Shown here: positions 20,389 through 31,407 of the stretch, piece after piece | How positions within the stretch are numbered: position 1 is the stretch's first letter | Layout: the number at the start of each line of letters is the position of its first letter | The notes under the pieces: model-generated | Told to the model about the DNA's origin: nothing | What the model saw: only the letters and a program-made list of their open reading frames with translations | Database searches by the model: none | Source: Candidatus Udaeobacter sp. | GTDB lineage: Bacteria > Eisenbacteria > RBG-16-71-46 | Direction of reading: 5' to 3' | Assembly (NCBI GenBank): GCA_035496475.1 | Contig: DATJEP010000030.1 | Coordinates: 1 to 59,022 of the forward strand | DNA length: 59,022 nt | Translations under genes and position numbers: made by a program

Positions 20389-21156
20389 CTAGTGTCCGCC
20401 CTCGGGCATGGCGGGCGCCTTGACGCCCAGCGCCTTCTGCACGCGCTGCATCGCTTCGAGCAGCGGAGGCCGCATGTTCTCGGGCGGCGCGCTTTCCAAG
20501 GCGCGATGGAGATACTGGAGCGCCGCGCGATTGTCGCCGCGGCGCTCGCTCACGATCCCGAGGTTGAAGAGCGCCACCGGCTGATGCGGATCGCGGCTCA
20601 ACGCCCGGGTGAACAGCGACTCGGCCTGATCCGAGTCGCCGAGGTTGTAGTAGCAGACGCCGAGATCCACGAACGTCGTCGCCCGGCTCGAATCGCGCGC
20701 CAGCGCGGCGCGATAGTGGATGATCGCCTCGGACCAGTTGCCGGTGTCGTAGAGCACGTCGGCGAGGCCGATGTGCGCATCGACGCTGGTCGAATCCTTC
20801 GCGAGCTCGGCGCGGAAGCGGTCGGCGACCTGCTGCTGGCCCTCCTTCGCGCCTTCGACCGCGGGAAAATTGTTCTGGTGGAATCCGCGGATGCCGGCGA
20901 TCACCACCGTGATCGCCACCACCGCCGCCGCCATCAGCCAGATCGAGAGCGCCTGCGGCTGCGGCCGCGGCGGGCGCGGGCGAACGCGGCGCGGCGGCGG
21001 CGGCGACCAGGTCATCGCTTCGTCGGCCGGGGTGCTCGCCTCGGCCGCCACTGCGATGTCCTGGTCGCGATCGAGCGGGAAATTGCAGTTCGAGCAGGCG
21101 GCGCTGCCGGGCGGGTTCTCGCGGCCGCAGTCGGGACAGCGGATCGAATCACTCAT
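20389..21156 (-). CDS. Zinc-ribbon / single-TM / TPR-repeat protein
   Basis: CPDCGRENPPGSAACSNCNFPL zinc ribbon, one TM helix (IWLMAAAVVAITVVIAGI), then TPR repeats. The ATG lies 6 nt after a TAACTT hexamer. Confidence 0.7.
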   Translation of the reverse strand: MSDSIRCPDCGRENPPGSAACSNCNFPLDRDQDIAVAAEASTPADEAMTWSPPPPRRVRPRPPRPQPQALSIWLMAAAVVAITVVIAGIRGFHQNNFPAVEGAKEGQQQVADRFRAELAKDSTSVDAHIGLADVLYDTGNWSEAIIHYRAALARDSSRATTFVDLGVCYYNLGDSDQAESLFTRALSRDPHQPVALFNLGIVSERRGDNRAALQYLHRALESAPPENMRPPLLEAMQRVQKALGVKAPAMPEGGH

Positions 21157-21214
21157 CCGCTGAAGTTATGCCGGATCGCCACGTGCACGCAATTCTGCTA
21201 CTTTTTCTCGTCTC

Positions 21215-24200
21215 ATGCGATCGCGCGCGCTGCTCCTGCTGCTCGGGTTGCTCGCCGCGGTTCCCGCGCGGGCCGAGTCCCTCCGCCTCACCCTCCTTCA
21301 TACCAGCGATCTGCATGGCGCGCTCGATGGCTGGGACTACCTTGCCGACCGTCCGGCGGCCCGGGGTCTGACCCGGATCGCGACGCTGGTGCGGCGCGCG
21401 CGCTCCGAAGGCACGCCGACTCTCCTCGTCGATGCCGGCGACGCGATTCAGGGCGGTGTCGAGGTCGCGATGCCGCACGTGAGCTCCGCTCCCGTCGCCC
21501 GGGCCGATCCCATGATGTCGGCGATGAGCGCGATCGGATACGACGCGATGGCGGTCGGGAATCACGAGTTCGACTTCGGCCAGGACGCGATCGAGCAGGC
21601 TCGCCGGGCCGCGCGCTTTCCCTGGCTCTCGGCGAACCTCCTTCGCGACGGCAGCCCGCTGCCGGTCTTCGCGCCGTCGGTCATCAAGATCCTCGGCGGC
21701 GCCCGCGTCGGGATCGTCGGCCTCACCACTCCCGCCACCGCGGCCTTCGAGGATCCGGAAAACCTGGCGGGCTGGCACTTCGTCTCGCCGCTCGAAGCCG
21801 CGCAGCTCGAAGTCGGGCGCCTGAGGGAGACCGAGCACTGCGACGTCGTCGTCGTGCTGGCGCACACCGGACTCGAGCGCGATTCGCTGCGCGGCGCGGC
21901 GCGTGCCGGCGAGACGCCGGACGAGAACTGGGGGCTGCGTCTCGCCACCGAGGTCCCGGGCGCCGACATCGTGATCCTCGGCCACACGCACGAGGTGATT
22001 CCGTGGCGGCGTTACGGCAATGTGCTCGTCACTCAGGCCGGTCGTTCGGGCGAGCAGCTCGGACGCATCGACCTCACGCTCGAGCGCGACGGAGCCCGCT
22101 GGAAGCTGATCAATGCCTACGCTCGCATGATCGCGGTCACCGACTCCGTGCCGGATGACTCGGCGCTCACCGCGCTCGCCGAGCCCTATCACGCCGCGGC
22201 GCGTGACAGCCTGAGCCGCGTGGTCGGCACGCTGAGCCAGTCCCTCGATTCCGGATTCGGACGGGCCACGCCGAATCCGGCCTGGCGTCTCGTCGCCGAG
22301 GCCATGCGCCAGGCCAGCGGCGCGGACATCGTCCTCACCACGCTTCCCGACACCGCGTCTCGAATCCCCGCCGGCCCGGTTCGAATGCGGGACGTGAGAC
22401 GGCTCTATCCCTACGACAACACGCTCGACGTCGTGGAGCTGACCGGCGCCGAGCTGCGCGGGGCGCTCGAACAATCCGCCGAGGCGTTCAATACCTACAC
22501 CGGCGAGGCCGGGCGTCCGCTCTTCGACTTCGCGTATCCATCATGGAATTACGACGCCGCGCTCGGCGTCCGTTACGCCTGGGATCTGACCCAGCCGCCC
22601 GGCCACCGCGTGGTCGCGCTCTCGATCGGCGACCAGCCGCTCGCGGCCGATCGAACCGTGAAGGTCGCGCTCAGCAGCTATCGCGCGAATGGCGCGGGTG
22701 GATACGAGTCCCTGAAGGGCGCCCGCCGCGTCGCGCGCGTGGCGCGGCCGATTCCGGATCTCATCGCCGACCTGCTCAGCGCGGAGCGACCGCACCAGGC
22801 GACTCCCGAGGTCGATCCCTGGCGCATCCAGCCCGATTACGCCGCGCTTCCCGAACGCGACCTCATCGACCGCCTGGTCCGTCAGGGAGTGCTCACGCTC
22901 GACGAGATGAAATCGGTCCGGGCGACCGAGCCGGCGCTGCAGGGCCAGGCGGCGACGTGGCTGGCGCGGGCGTTCGGATGGGGACATCCCGATCGCCCGC
23001 CGGTCGCGCGCACCGCCGCCGATTCGGTCGATCACTATGCCGCGGCGCTGGCGGCGCGGGACGTGATCGCGAAGCGCATGTTCCGCGCGGGCGAGCCGGT
23101 CAGCGAATCGCTGGCGGTGCTGTGGAGCGAGCGTATCGCCGAAGTGGTGGGATACGAGAACGCGCGCCGCGATCGCGCCGTGCTGCGCCGCTCGCTCTTC
23201 ACCGGCGTGCATCCGCTCACACTGACCGGCCAGACCGAACCTGCCGCGCGGCTGCTCGGCATGATCTCGAACCTGCGCTATCCGACGCTGCGCGTGATCG
23301 AGACCAGCGACGTGCACGGCTTCATCCTGCCCGGAGCGCGCGAGCGGCGCACGCGGCGGCCGGTCGGCGGCAGCGCCGCGCTGGCTTCGTGGGTCCGCCG
23401 GTTGCGGGCCGAGAATCCCGAGGGAACGATCCTGCTGGACGGCGGCGACTGGTTCCAGGGCACGATGATCTCGAACCTCCAGTTCGGCCGGCCGATCGTC
23501 GAGCAGATGAACCTGCTCGGCTACACCGCGGCCGCGATCGGCAACCATGATTTCGACTGGGGCGTCGACACGCTGGCGCGGCGCATCGGTGAGATGCGCT
23601 TCGCCGCGCTCGGCGCCAATTGCGTCGAGCGGAAGAGCGGCCGGCTGCCGCGCTATGCGCGCGCCGACACCGTGGTGGTTCGCCGCGGCGTGCGGGTCGG
23701 GATTCTCGGACTCTGCTTCCGCGAGACGCCGACCGTCACGCTGCCGAAGAACGTCGCGCACCTGAGATTCGAAGACGACTCGGCGACCGCGGCGCGCCGG
23801 GTGCCCGAGCTGCGCCGGCGCGGGCACGCGCAGGTGGTGCTCTCGGTCGGGCACATCCCGGCCGAGACGGACAGCACGAACCGCGCCGCCTCCGGCGATC
23901 TTCTGCGGCTGGCGCGTGGCGTTCACGGAGTCGACGCATGGCTCGGCGGCCACAGCCACAACAACGTGGTCGATGCGGTCGGCGGTGTCCCGGTGATGAT
24001 TCCCGGCGCGCACGCCGAAGTGGTCGGCGTCATCGATCTGACGTTCGATCCTCTGGCCGGCCGCGTGATCGAGCATCGCGAATGGCTGCAGCCGACCTAT
24101 TCCGACATCCTGCCCCCCGATTCGGCGATGGCGGCGCGGGTCACGAAGTGGAACGCCGAGGTGGCTCCGCTGGCCGCTCAGCCGGTCGGCCGCGCGGTCC

Positions 24201-24751
24201 ACCGCCTCACGCGGAGCGGAGAGAACACCATCGGCTATCTGGTCACCGACGCGATGCGGGCCGCCAGCGGCGCGGATGTCGCGCTCACCAACACCGGCGG
24301 CCTGCGCGCCGATCTTCCGGAAGGCTCGATCACCCACGGCGCGATCTATGAAGTGATGCCGTTCGACAACACCATCGTCACGCTCGACATGAACGCCGGC
24401 GAGCTGCGTCAGGTGTTCGAGGAGGGACTGCGCGTCGGGCGCGTCCTGCAGGTGAGCGGCATCCGGCTGTCGTTCGATCTCAGCCGTCCCCAGATGCAGC
24501 GCGTGGTCAGCCTGACGCAGCCGAACGGCAAGCCGCTGGATCCGAATCGCACGCTCAAGGTCGCGGTCAACAACTTCATCGCCAGCGGCGGCGATGGCTA
24601 CACGTCGTTCGCACGCGGGCGCAACCTCGTCGACACGCGGATGGCGCTGCGCGACGCCATGGAGGCGTTCGTCCGCACCAAGTCGGCAAACGGCGGCGCG
24701 ATCGACTACGGGGACGAGGGTCGGGTCACGAGGATCGGCGGCCGCGACTAG
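21215..24751 (+). CDS. Secreted tandem (doubled) metallophosphatase / 5'-nucleotidase
   Basis: Signal peptide MRSRALLLLLGLLAAVPARA. There are two complete module sets: LLHTSDLHG...GNHEFDFG and IETSDVHGF...GNHDFDWG. Each is followed by a 5'-nucleotidase C-terminal-like region. Confidence 0.85.
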   Translation: MRSRALLLLLGLLAAVPARAESLRLTLLHTSDLHGALDGWDYLADRPAARGLTRIATLVRRARSEGTPTLLVDAGDAIQGGVEVAMPHVSSAPVARADPMMSAMSAIGYDAMAVGNHEFDFGQDAIEQARRAARFPWLSANLLRDGSPLPVFAPSVIKILGGARVGIVGLTTPATAAFEDPENLAGWHFVSPLEAAQLEVGRLRETEHCDVVVVLAHTGLERDSLRGAARAGETPDENWGLRLATEVPGADIVILGHTHEVIPWRRYGNVLVTQAGRSGEQLGRIDLTLERDGARWKLINAYARMIAVTDSVPDDSALTALAEPYHAAARDSLSRVVGTLSQSLDSGFGRATPNPAWRLVAEAMRQASGADIVLTTLPDTASRIPAGPVRMRDVRRLYPYDNTLDVVELTGAELRGALEQSAEAFNTYTGEAGRPLFDFAYPSWNYDAALGVRYAWDLTQPPGHRVVALSIGDQPLAADRTVKVALSSYRANGAGGYESLKGARRVARVARPIPDLIADLLSAERPHQATPEVDPWRIQPDYAALPERDLIDRLVRQGVLTLDEMKSVRATEPALQGQAATWLARAFGWGHPDRPPVARTAADSVDHYAAALAARDVIAKRMFRAGEPVSESLAVLWSERIAEVVGYENARRDRAVLRRSLFTGVHPLTLTGQTEPAARLLGMISNLRYPTLRVIETSDVHGFILPGARERRTRRPVGGSAALASWVRRLRAENPEGTILLDGGDWFQGTMISNLQFGRPIVEQMNLLGYTAAAIGNHDFDWGVDTLARRIGEMRFAALGANCVERKSGRLPRYARADTVVVRRGVRVGILGLCFRETPTVTLPKNVAHLRFEDDSATAARRVPELRRRGHAQVVLSVGHIPAETDSTNRAASGDLLRLARGVHGVDAWLGGHSHNNVVDAVGGVPVMIPGAHAEVVGVIDLTFDPLAGRVIEHREWLQPTYSDILPPDSAMAARVTKWNAEVAPLAAQPVGRAVHRLTRSGENTIGYLVTDAMRAASGADVALTNTGGLRADLPEGSITHGAIYEVMPFDNTIVTLDMNAGELRQVFEEGLRVGRVLQVSGIRLSFDLSRPQMQRVVSLTQPNGKPLDPNRTLKVAVNNFIASGGDGYTSFARGRNLVDTRMALRDAMEAFVRTKSANGGAIDYGDEGRVTRIGGRD

Positions 24752-24778
24752 CGACGCGATCCGTCCGGCGTGCCGCGG

Positions 24779-26059
24779 CTAGCGCCCGCCCGAGGAGCTG
24801 GGCGGAACCGTCGGCGCCTGCAGCTGAATCCCGGAGCGATCGAAGTAGGCGGTGACCCCGGTCGCGAGCTGGTGGCCGAGCTCGTGCTGGAAGTCGGGAT
24901 TCCGCAGCAGCCGCGCCTCGACCGGATTGTTGATGAACGCGGTCTCGACCAGCACCGATGGGAACTCCACCGACTTCAGCACCGCGAACCCCGCCTGCTT
25001 GACCCCACGCACCTCGAGCCGGCGGTCCGCCGACAGGTGATCGAGCAGCGATTCGGCCAAGAGCTGACTCTTCTCGAGCGCGGCGGAGCGCTTGACGTCG
25101 TAGAGGATGTTGACGAGATCATCCTCCGACTGCGACGGAACTCCGCCCACCAGGTCCGCCGCGTTTTCCATGTTGGCGAGATCGGCGTCGGCCTGATCGG
25201 AAGCGCCGTGCAGCGAGAGGAAGTAGACCTCCGTGCCGCTTCCCGAGCCGCGACGGTGCGACGAGTTGCAGTGGATGCTGACGAAGAGATCGGCCTTCAT
25301 GCGCTCGGCGATGTGGTAGCGCTCGCGCAGCGGAATGAAGTAGTCGCCGCGCCGCGTCAGCACGCCCTGGACCCCCGGCGTCGCGTTCAGCTCGTCGACC
25401 AGCGCGCGAGCAACCGCCAGCGTCACGTTCTTCTCGAGCACGCCGTTCGGTCCGCGCGCGCCGGTGTCCTCGCCGCCGTGGCCGGGGTCGACCGCGATGA
25501 CGCGGATCCGTTTCGCCTTCTTGGCCGCCGCGATCGCAGCCAGGCGCTTGTCTTCCGCCGCCGCGGCGCCCGGCCTCGAAGCATCGACGACGAGCCGGAA
25601 CGGCTTGTCGGATTCGGCGCTGAGCGTGAACATCGAGAAGCGTGCCGCGCCGGCGAACGCGACATAGAGGCGCGGGCCATCGTCGGTGAGCACGATCCGC
25701 ACCGAGTCGACCACGCTGTCGCGGACCATCAGCGTCGTCGGCGCGCCGGAGCCGAGCGTGACCGACTCGCCGGGAAGGCTGAGCGCCAGCATCGCGCTGG
25801 TGCCGGAATCCGGTCCGGCCACCGTCACCGGCTTCGAGAAATCGAACACGATGCGCGTGCCGGTGGGCGCGGACCAGCTGCGAAGGCCGGTCAGAACCGG
25901 GTTCGCCGGAAGACGGGTCGCGGCGGCGGCGTGGGCGCGCGGATGCTTCCTGCGGGCTTTCGCGGCGGCTTCGGAGGGGATGACACAGCAGAGCGCGATC
26001 AGCGCGGCGACGAGCGCCGGAATCACACGCGATCGCATCCTGAGACCCTCCCTGTTCAT
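24779..26059 (-). CDS. N-acetylmuramoyl-L-alanine amidase with an AMIN domain (AmiC-like)
   Basis: AGGAGGGA precedes the ATG at 26059. An AMIN-like N-terminal region is followed by the Amidase_3 motif AVDPGHGGEDTGA. Confidence 0.85.
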   Translation of the reverse strand: MNREGLRMRSRVIPALVAALIALCCVIPSEAAAKARRKHPRAHAAAATRLPANPVLTGLRSWSAPTGTRIVFDFSKPVTVAGPDSGTSAMLALSLPGESVTLGSGAPTTLMVRDSVVDSVRIVLTDDGPRLYVAFAGAARFSMFTLSAESDKPFRLVVDASRPGAAAAEDKRLAAIAAAKKAKRIRVIAVDPGHGGEDTGARGPNGVLEKNVTLAVARALVDELNATPGVQGVLTRRGDYFIPLRERYHIAERMKADLFVSIHCNSSHRRGSGSGTEVYFLSLHGASDQADADLANMENAADLVGGVPSQSEDDLVNILYDVKRSAALEKSQLLAESLLDHLSADRRLEVRGVKQAGFAVLKSVEFPSVLVETAFINNPVEARLLRNPDFQHELGHQLATGVTAYFDRSGIQLQAPTVPPSSSGGR

Positions 26060-26120
26060 GAGTCGTCCCTCCTGGGCGACCTGGAGCGGGCCGGAGCCCG
26101 CTCCCCTGATCGGATCGCGA

Positions 26121-27647
<1,527 letters not shown>

Positions 27648-27745
27648 GATCCTTCCTCCGTTGGGATTCTCCCGCCGGTTCCGGCGCACGACCGTATCGC
27701 GGGCCGGGCTCGTCGCATGGAACGTGTGGAACGGGTGACTCAAAG

Positions 27746-27775
27746 ATTATCGGCCGCTGATGGGAAGCCTGTCAG
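27746..27775 (-). promoter_or_regulatory. Sigma-70-type promoter for the HtrA gene: CTGACA-N18-GATAAT
   Basis: The minus strand reads atCTGACAggcttcccatcagcggccGATAATc, about 100 nt upstream of the ATG. Confidence 0.4.
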
Positions 27776-27916
27776 ATGCCCGTCAAATCTGGCCGAGGGG
27801 AGCGCCGGCTGACTCGCAGACTATACGCCCGAGGAGGCGTCGGGTTCCGCACCGCGATCGACTCTTCGGCCGGACGCGGCGCGTCCCGAGCCTAACGCGG
27901 AGAGCCTGTCACGCGC

Positions 27917-27946
27917 TTGTGACGCTGGAAGCACGGTTGCTAGACT
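27917..27946 (+). promoter_or_regulatory. Promoter for the lpxH-like gene: TTGTGA-N18-TAGACT, with the -10 only 7 nt from the ATG (leaderless-type)
   Basis: The plus strand reads cTTGTGAcgctggaagcacggttgcTAGACTcgcgcgcATG. No SD is present. Confidence 0.4.
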
Positions 27947-27953
27947 CGCGCGC

Positions 27954-28685
27954 ATGTCCGAGCTCCCGGTGGTGTTCTTTTCCGACGCCCACCTCGGAGC
28001 CGAGTCGAGCGCGCGCGAGGCCGATCGTGAGCGGCGCCTGCACGCGTTCCTCGAGTCGCTCATCGGACGGATCTCCCGCCTCGTCATCGTCGGCGACCTG
28101 TTCGACTTCTGGTTCGAATACCGGTCCGCGATTCCAAGGCGCTATTTCTCGACGCTCGAGCTGCTCGGCCGGTTGCGCTCCTCCGGCGTCGCGATGGACT
28201 ACCTGAACGGAAATCACGATTTCTGGCTCGGGCCTTTTCTGTCCCGTGACCTCGGGATCACGACGCATCAGGGATCGATGACGCTGGACCAGGGCACGCG
28301 GCGGATCTGGATCCATCACGGCGACGGATTGATCGGCGGCGACCATGGCTACCGCCTGCTGAAGCGCGTGCTGCGTCACCCTGCGAGCATCGCGCTCTAT
28401 CGCCTGATCCATCCCGACCTCGGCATCCCGCTGGCGCGCTGGGTGTCGAGCGGATCGCGCCATGCACAGGGTCAGCGGCCGCTCGAGGCCGAGCGGCTGT
28501 GGAACGAAGTGGCGCGCCCGCGCTTCGATCAGGGATTCGACGCAGTGATCCTCGGCCACTTCCATCACGCCTACGAGCGCCGCGAATCGGGACACGAGCT
28601 GTTCGTGCTCGGCGATTGGATCCGTCACTTCACCTACGTCACACTCGACAACGGCCGCCTGTCGATGGAGTGCTGGCCGGAGTAG
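27954..28685 (+). CDS. lpxH: LpxH-family metallophosphoesterase (UDP-2,3-diacylglucosamine diphosphatase-like)
   Basis: Carries the motifs FFSDAHLG, VGDLFDFW, NGNHDFW, HHGD and GHFHH in the LpxH order. Confidence 0.7.
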   Translation: MSELPVVFFSDAHLGAESSAREADRERRLHAFLESLIGRISRLVIVGDLFDFWFEYRSAIPRRYFSTLELLGRLRSSGVAMDYLNGNHDFWLGPFLSRDLGITTHQGSMTLDQGTRRIWIHHGDGLIGGDHGYRLLKRVLRHPASIALYRLIHPDLGIPLARWVSSGSRHAQGQRPLEAERLWNEVARPRFDQGFDAVILGHFHHAYERRESGHELFVLGDWIRHFTYVTLDNGRLSMECWPE

Positions 28686-28759
28686 GGCGGTGCAGTTGCG
28701 CCGGAGGGCGGGGCGGGCCGGAAGGCGATACGGCCGGAAGGCGGTGCGGCGCCTTCGAT

Positions 28760-29674
28760 CTAGAACTGCGCGCCGAGCGAGAAGCGGTGGGTGTCGCCGA
28801 GGTTCGAGCGGAACGGCACGAACGCGTAGTCGAGCCGGAGCGACCGCACCGCCCATCCCGCGCCAAGAGACATCGTCGATTCCGTGTCCCCGGTCCGGAG
28901 GCCGCCCCGCAGCGCGAGTCCCGATGAGTGCGCCACCTCGGCGCCCAGGGCGGTGACCGACGCCTGGCCGGCCAGCATCGAATTCTCGAGCGCGCCGCGC
29001 ACCGTCAGGGCGCCAAATCCGTGCGTCCACGACGCACCGGTGCGCAGTCCGGCAGGAAGCCGCACCGGATCTCCCGGCGTTCCATCGATGGTGAAGTGCG
29101 TGGCCGGACCGAGGTCGTGAAGGTCGGCGCTCAACCGCAGTCCGGACCAGCGCGCCGGATTCCAGGTGACACCCGTACCGAAGTCGTACGTGGTTGCCGC
29201 GGCATCGGCGATGCGCTCGTGGACCACCTGGGCGCTGCCGCCGAAGCGCCAGCCGGGCGCGATGGCGCGACCGTAGCCCACTCCAAATTCGAGGTCGTCG
29301 GAGCCGAATGATCCAACCAGGTTGCCGAGCGCGTCGCGCTCCGGAATCGGCTCCGAGTAGAGCGCGCGGAGCGAGGCCGCGATACCGCCCCCGAACAGTC
29401 GGCCGGCAATCGCGAACTGATCGTGGCGGAGGTTGGCGAGATACTCGAAATGCGACGCTTCGAGCTGGATTCCGCGGGCGCCATCGAGCGCGGCGGGATT
29501 CCAGAACGCCGCTTCGACGCCGTCGGCGATCGAGGCGTACGCGCCGCCCATCGCCGAAGCGCGCGCGCCCGCCGGCACCTTGAGGAACGCGAAGCCGGCG
29601 GGATCGCCGAGGGCGGACGTGGAGATCAGGGCGCCGGCAAGAATGGCGAGAATCGTGAGGCGTGGTCGGGACAC
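28760..29674 (-). CDS. PorV/PorQ-like outer-membrane beta-barrel protein
   Basis: AAGGGAG lies 5 nt before the GTG at 29674; an alternative ATG is at 29710. The signal peptide is followed by FLKVPAGARASAMGGAYASIADGVEAAFWNPAAL, the PorV-family signature. The protein ends in ...GAQF. Confidence 0.7.
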   Translation of the reverse strand: MSRPRLTILAILAGALISTSALGDPAGFAFLKVPAGARASAMGGAYASIADGVEAAFWNPAALDGARGIQLEASHFEYLANLRHDQFAIAGRLFGGGIAASLRALYSEPIPERDALGNLVGSFGSDDLEFGVGYGRAIAPGWRFGGSAQVVHERIADAAATTYDFGTGVTWNPARWSGLRLSADLHDLGPATHFTIDGTPGDPVRLPAGLRTGASWTHGFGALTVRGALENSMLAGQASVTALGAEVAHSSGLALRGGLRTGDTESTMSLGAGWAVRSLRLDYAFVPFRSNLGDTHRFSLGAQF

Positions 29675-29786
29675 GAAGGCTCCCTTGGGATGGCAATCGC
29701 GGGGCCGCATTCGCGAGCCCCGCGAGAGTTCGAGCTTATCACGATGTTCGAGGCCGGTGCCCGCACCGCGCTGCCGCCGCCGGCGA

Positions 29787-31229
29787 CTACGGACCGCCGC
29801 GGCCTCCATGGTCGTCGCGGTTGTCGCGGTTGTCGCGGCTGTCGCGGCCGGGAGGCGGCTGCTTCGGCCCGTTGTCGTGAGGCCGTTCATCGCGGTGACC
29901 GCCGCCATTGTCGCGCGGATGATCCTCGCGGCCGCGCGGCTGATGTTGAGGCTCCTGGCGCTCGACCGGATGCCGGTCGATGCGCGGCTCCGCCGGTCTT
30001 TCGACTCGAGGAGGGGGTGCGTCGCGGCCGCTCCTGCCCGAGCCACCGTCATCGCCCGTGCGTCCAGCCGGCATGCGACCCACATCGGGCCTGCGCCATT
30101 CGGTCCCTCCGGGGCTTCGACGATCACGTCCGTTGTCCTGGCTGACGGGGATTCTCTCGGCCGGCTCGCGCGCGACGTCCGGCCGCCGCGGCGTGCGATC
30201 GGAGTCCGCCGGACGATTGCGTCCGATCGGCAGGGATCCGATTCCACCGCGCCTCACTCCGGATACGACGAACCCCGGTGGAGGTGGCGTGGTTCCACCT
30301 CGCCAGTCCTTGTAGTGATCCGGCGGCGTGTAGCCGACCGGCGGAGGCGACTTGTAACGCACCAGGGGACCGCCCCAGTTCTGAGTCCATCGCCTCCAGC
30401 CATCCCATGAGGACAGCCAGGGCTGGCCGCCCACGCGCCAGCGCGGCGGGCAGTCCGGGCGATAGACGAACACGTAGTAGGGAACGAAGCCGCACCAGTA
30501 GGTCGGGCCCCAGCCCCACGACCAGTTGACGCGGAAGTCCACCACGCGACAGCTCGTGTAGTAGGGATCCCAGCCGTCCCACCATGCCCAGCGACCCGGC
30601 CGGTGGCAGTCGTTGCAGATGTAGCGCGGATAGCGGACCTGCTGATGCACGTAGTACGTGGTGTAGGCGGTCGCGAAGGATTCGGTGTCGTTGGGATGCG
30701 ACACCACGCGGCGACGGATGCGCTCCATCGCGACGAATGGATCGCCGACGATCCTTCCATCCTGGGTCACGCCTTCTTCGTCGGTGGGCTCGTTGACGTA
30801 GCCGATGTCGTCGCCCTGTGCGTCGAACGGGCGCAGGTACCAGGGCAGATCCTCGAACGGCTCGCGCGACGCGATGGCGACGATGAAATCCTCGCCGATC
30901 GGATCCTGCACCACGAGCTGGTTTTCGTCGTCCTCGGGGGGAACGCGATAGGTCTCGCGCGCTGCCACCATGCCGTTCTGTCCGCGCAGGGGATAGAGCA
31001 CGCGCACGTAGCCCTGGGAGTCGATCTCGTAGACCAGCAGGTAGGCGTCGTCGGTCGCGCGGGTGCGGACCTGGAGAACGTCGCCGGGCTCGTAGATCGC
31101 GTCGTTGCCGCGATCGGTCCAGAGGTCGATGCCGATGTGCCGGGCCTCTGCCGGGCTCGCGGCCATCAGCGAGCCGAGCAGGATCAACGAAGCGAGGCAG
31201 GAACCGGCGGATGCGATCGAGCGCTTCAT
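29787..31229 (-). CDS. DUF4384-domain secreted protein with a Trp/Cys/Tyr-rich middle and an Arg/Asp/Pro-rich disordered tail
   Basis: Signal peptide MKRSIASAGSCLASLILLGSLMAASPAEA. DUF4384-like segment YEPGDVLQVRTRATDDAYLLVYEIDSQGYVRVLYP. W-rich block WAWWDGWDPYY...WSWGWGPTYW. Confidence 0.7.
   Translation of the reverse strand: MKRSIASAGSCLASLILLGSLMAASPAEARHIGIDLWTDRGNDAIYEPGDVLQVRTRATDDAYLLVYEIDSQGYVRVLYPLRGQNGMVAARETYRVPPEDDENQLVVQDPIGEDFIVAIASREPFEDLPWYLRPFDAQGDDIGYVNEPTDEEGVTQDGRIVGDPFVAMERIRRRVVSHPNDTESFATAYTTYYVHQQVRYPRYICNDCHRPGRWAWWDGWDPYYTSCRVVDFRVNWSWGWGPTYWCGFVPYYVFVYRPDCPPRWRVGGQPWLSSWDGWRRWTQNWGGPLVRYKSPPPVGYTPPDHYKDWRGGTTPPPPGFVVSGVRRGGIGSLPIGRNRPADSDRTPRRPDVAREPAERIPVSQDNGRDRRSPGGTEWRRPDVGRMPAGRTGDDGGSGRSGRDAPPPRVERPAEPRIDRHPVERQEPQHQPRGREDHPRDNGGGHRDERPHDNGPKQPPPGRDSRDNRDNRDDHGGRGGP
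29811..29846 (-). repeat. Four tandem 9-bp units (gtcgtcgcg gttgtcgcg gttgtcgcg gctgtcgcg) encoding RDSRDNRDNRDD
   Basis: The repeat was read directly from the sequence. It lies inside the 3' end of the DUF4384 gene. Confidence 0.85.
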
Positions 31230-31407
31230 GGCCGTACTCCTCTCCCGGTGGGCCGGAGGGTCACGGCAGCAGATTCCGCGACCGGCGGCTCCACGGTCTC
31301 CGGTGGCCTGCGCGTGAGGTCACGCGTGGTGCGCCGGATCTGCACGATCATCTCACGTCCGCGCCCGGCGCATCGTCCCCTGGGATGCGCATCGCGCGGC
31401 GTTTTCG

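Noticed and set aside
27926-27940. Sigma-54-like TGGAAG-N5-TTGC immediately upstream of the lpxH-like gene.
   Set aside because: The -24 element deviates (AAG in place of CAC). The motif overlaps a better-fitting sigma-70-type TTGTGA-N18-TAGACT promoter. It cannot be excluded, but it is the weaker explanation.
28716-28743. 12-nt direct repeat ggccggaaggcg, present twice and separated by 4 nt, in the lpxH/PorV convergent gap.
   Set aside because: It is too short and GC-rich to distinguish from chance, and it has no associated feature. It partly contributes to a small hairpin (gaaggcg/cgccttc) that may simply be a terminator.
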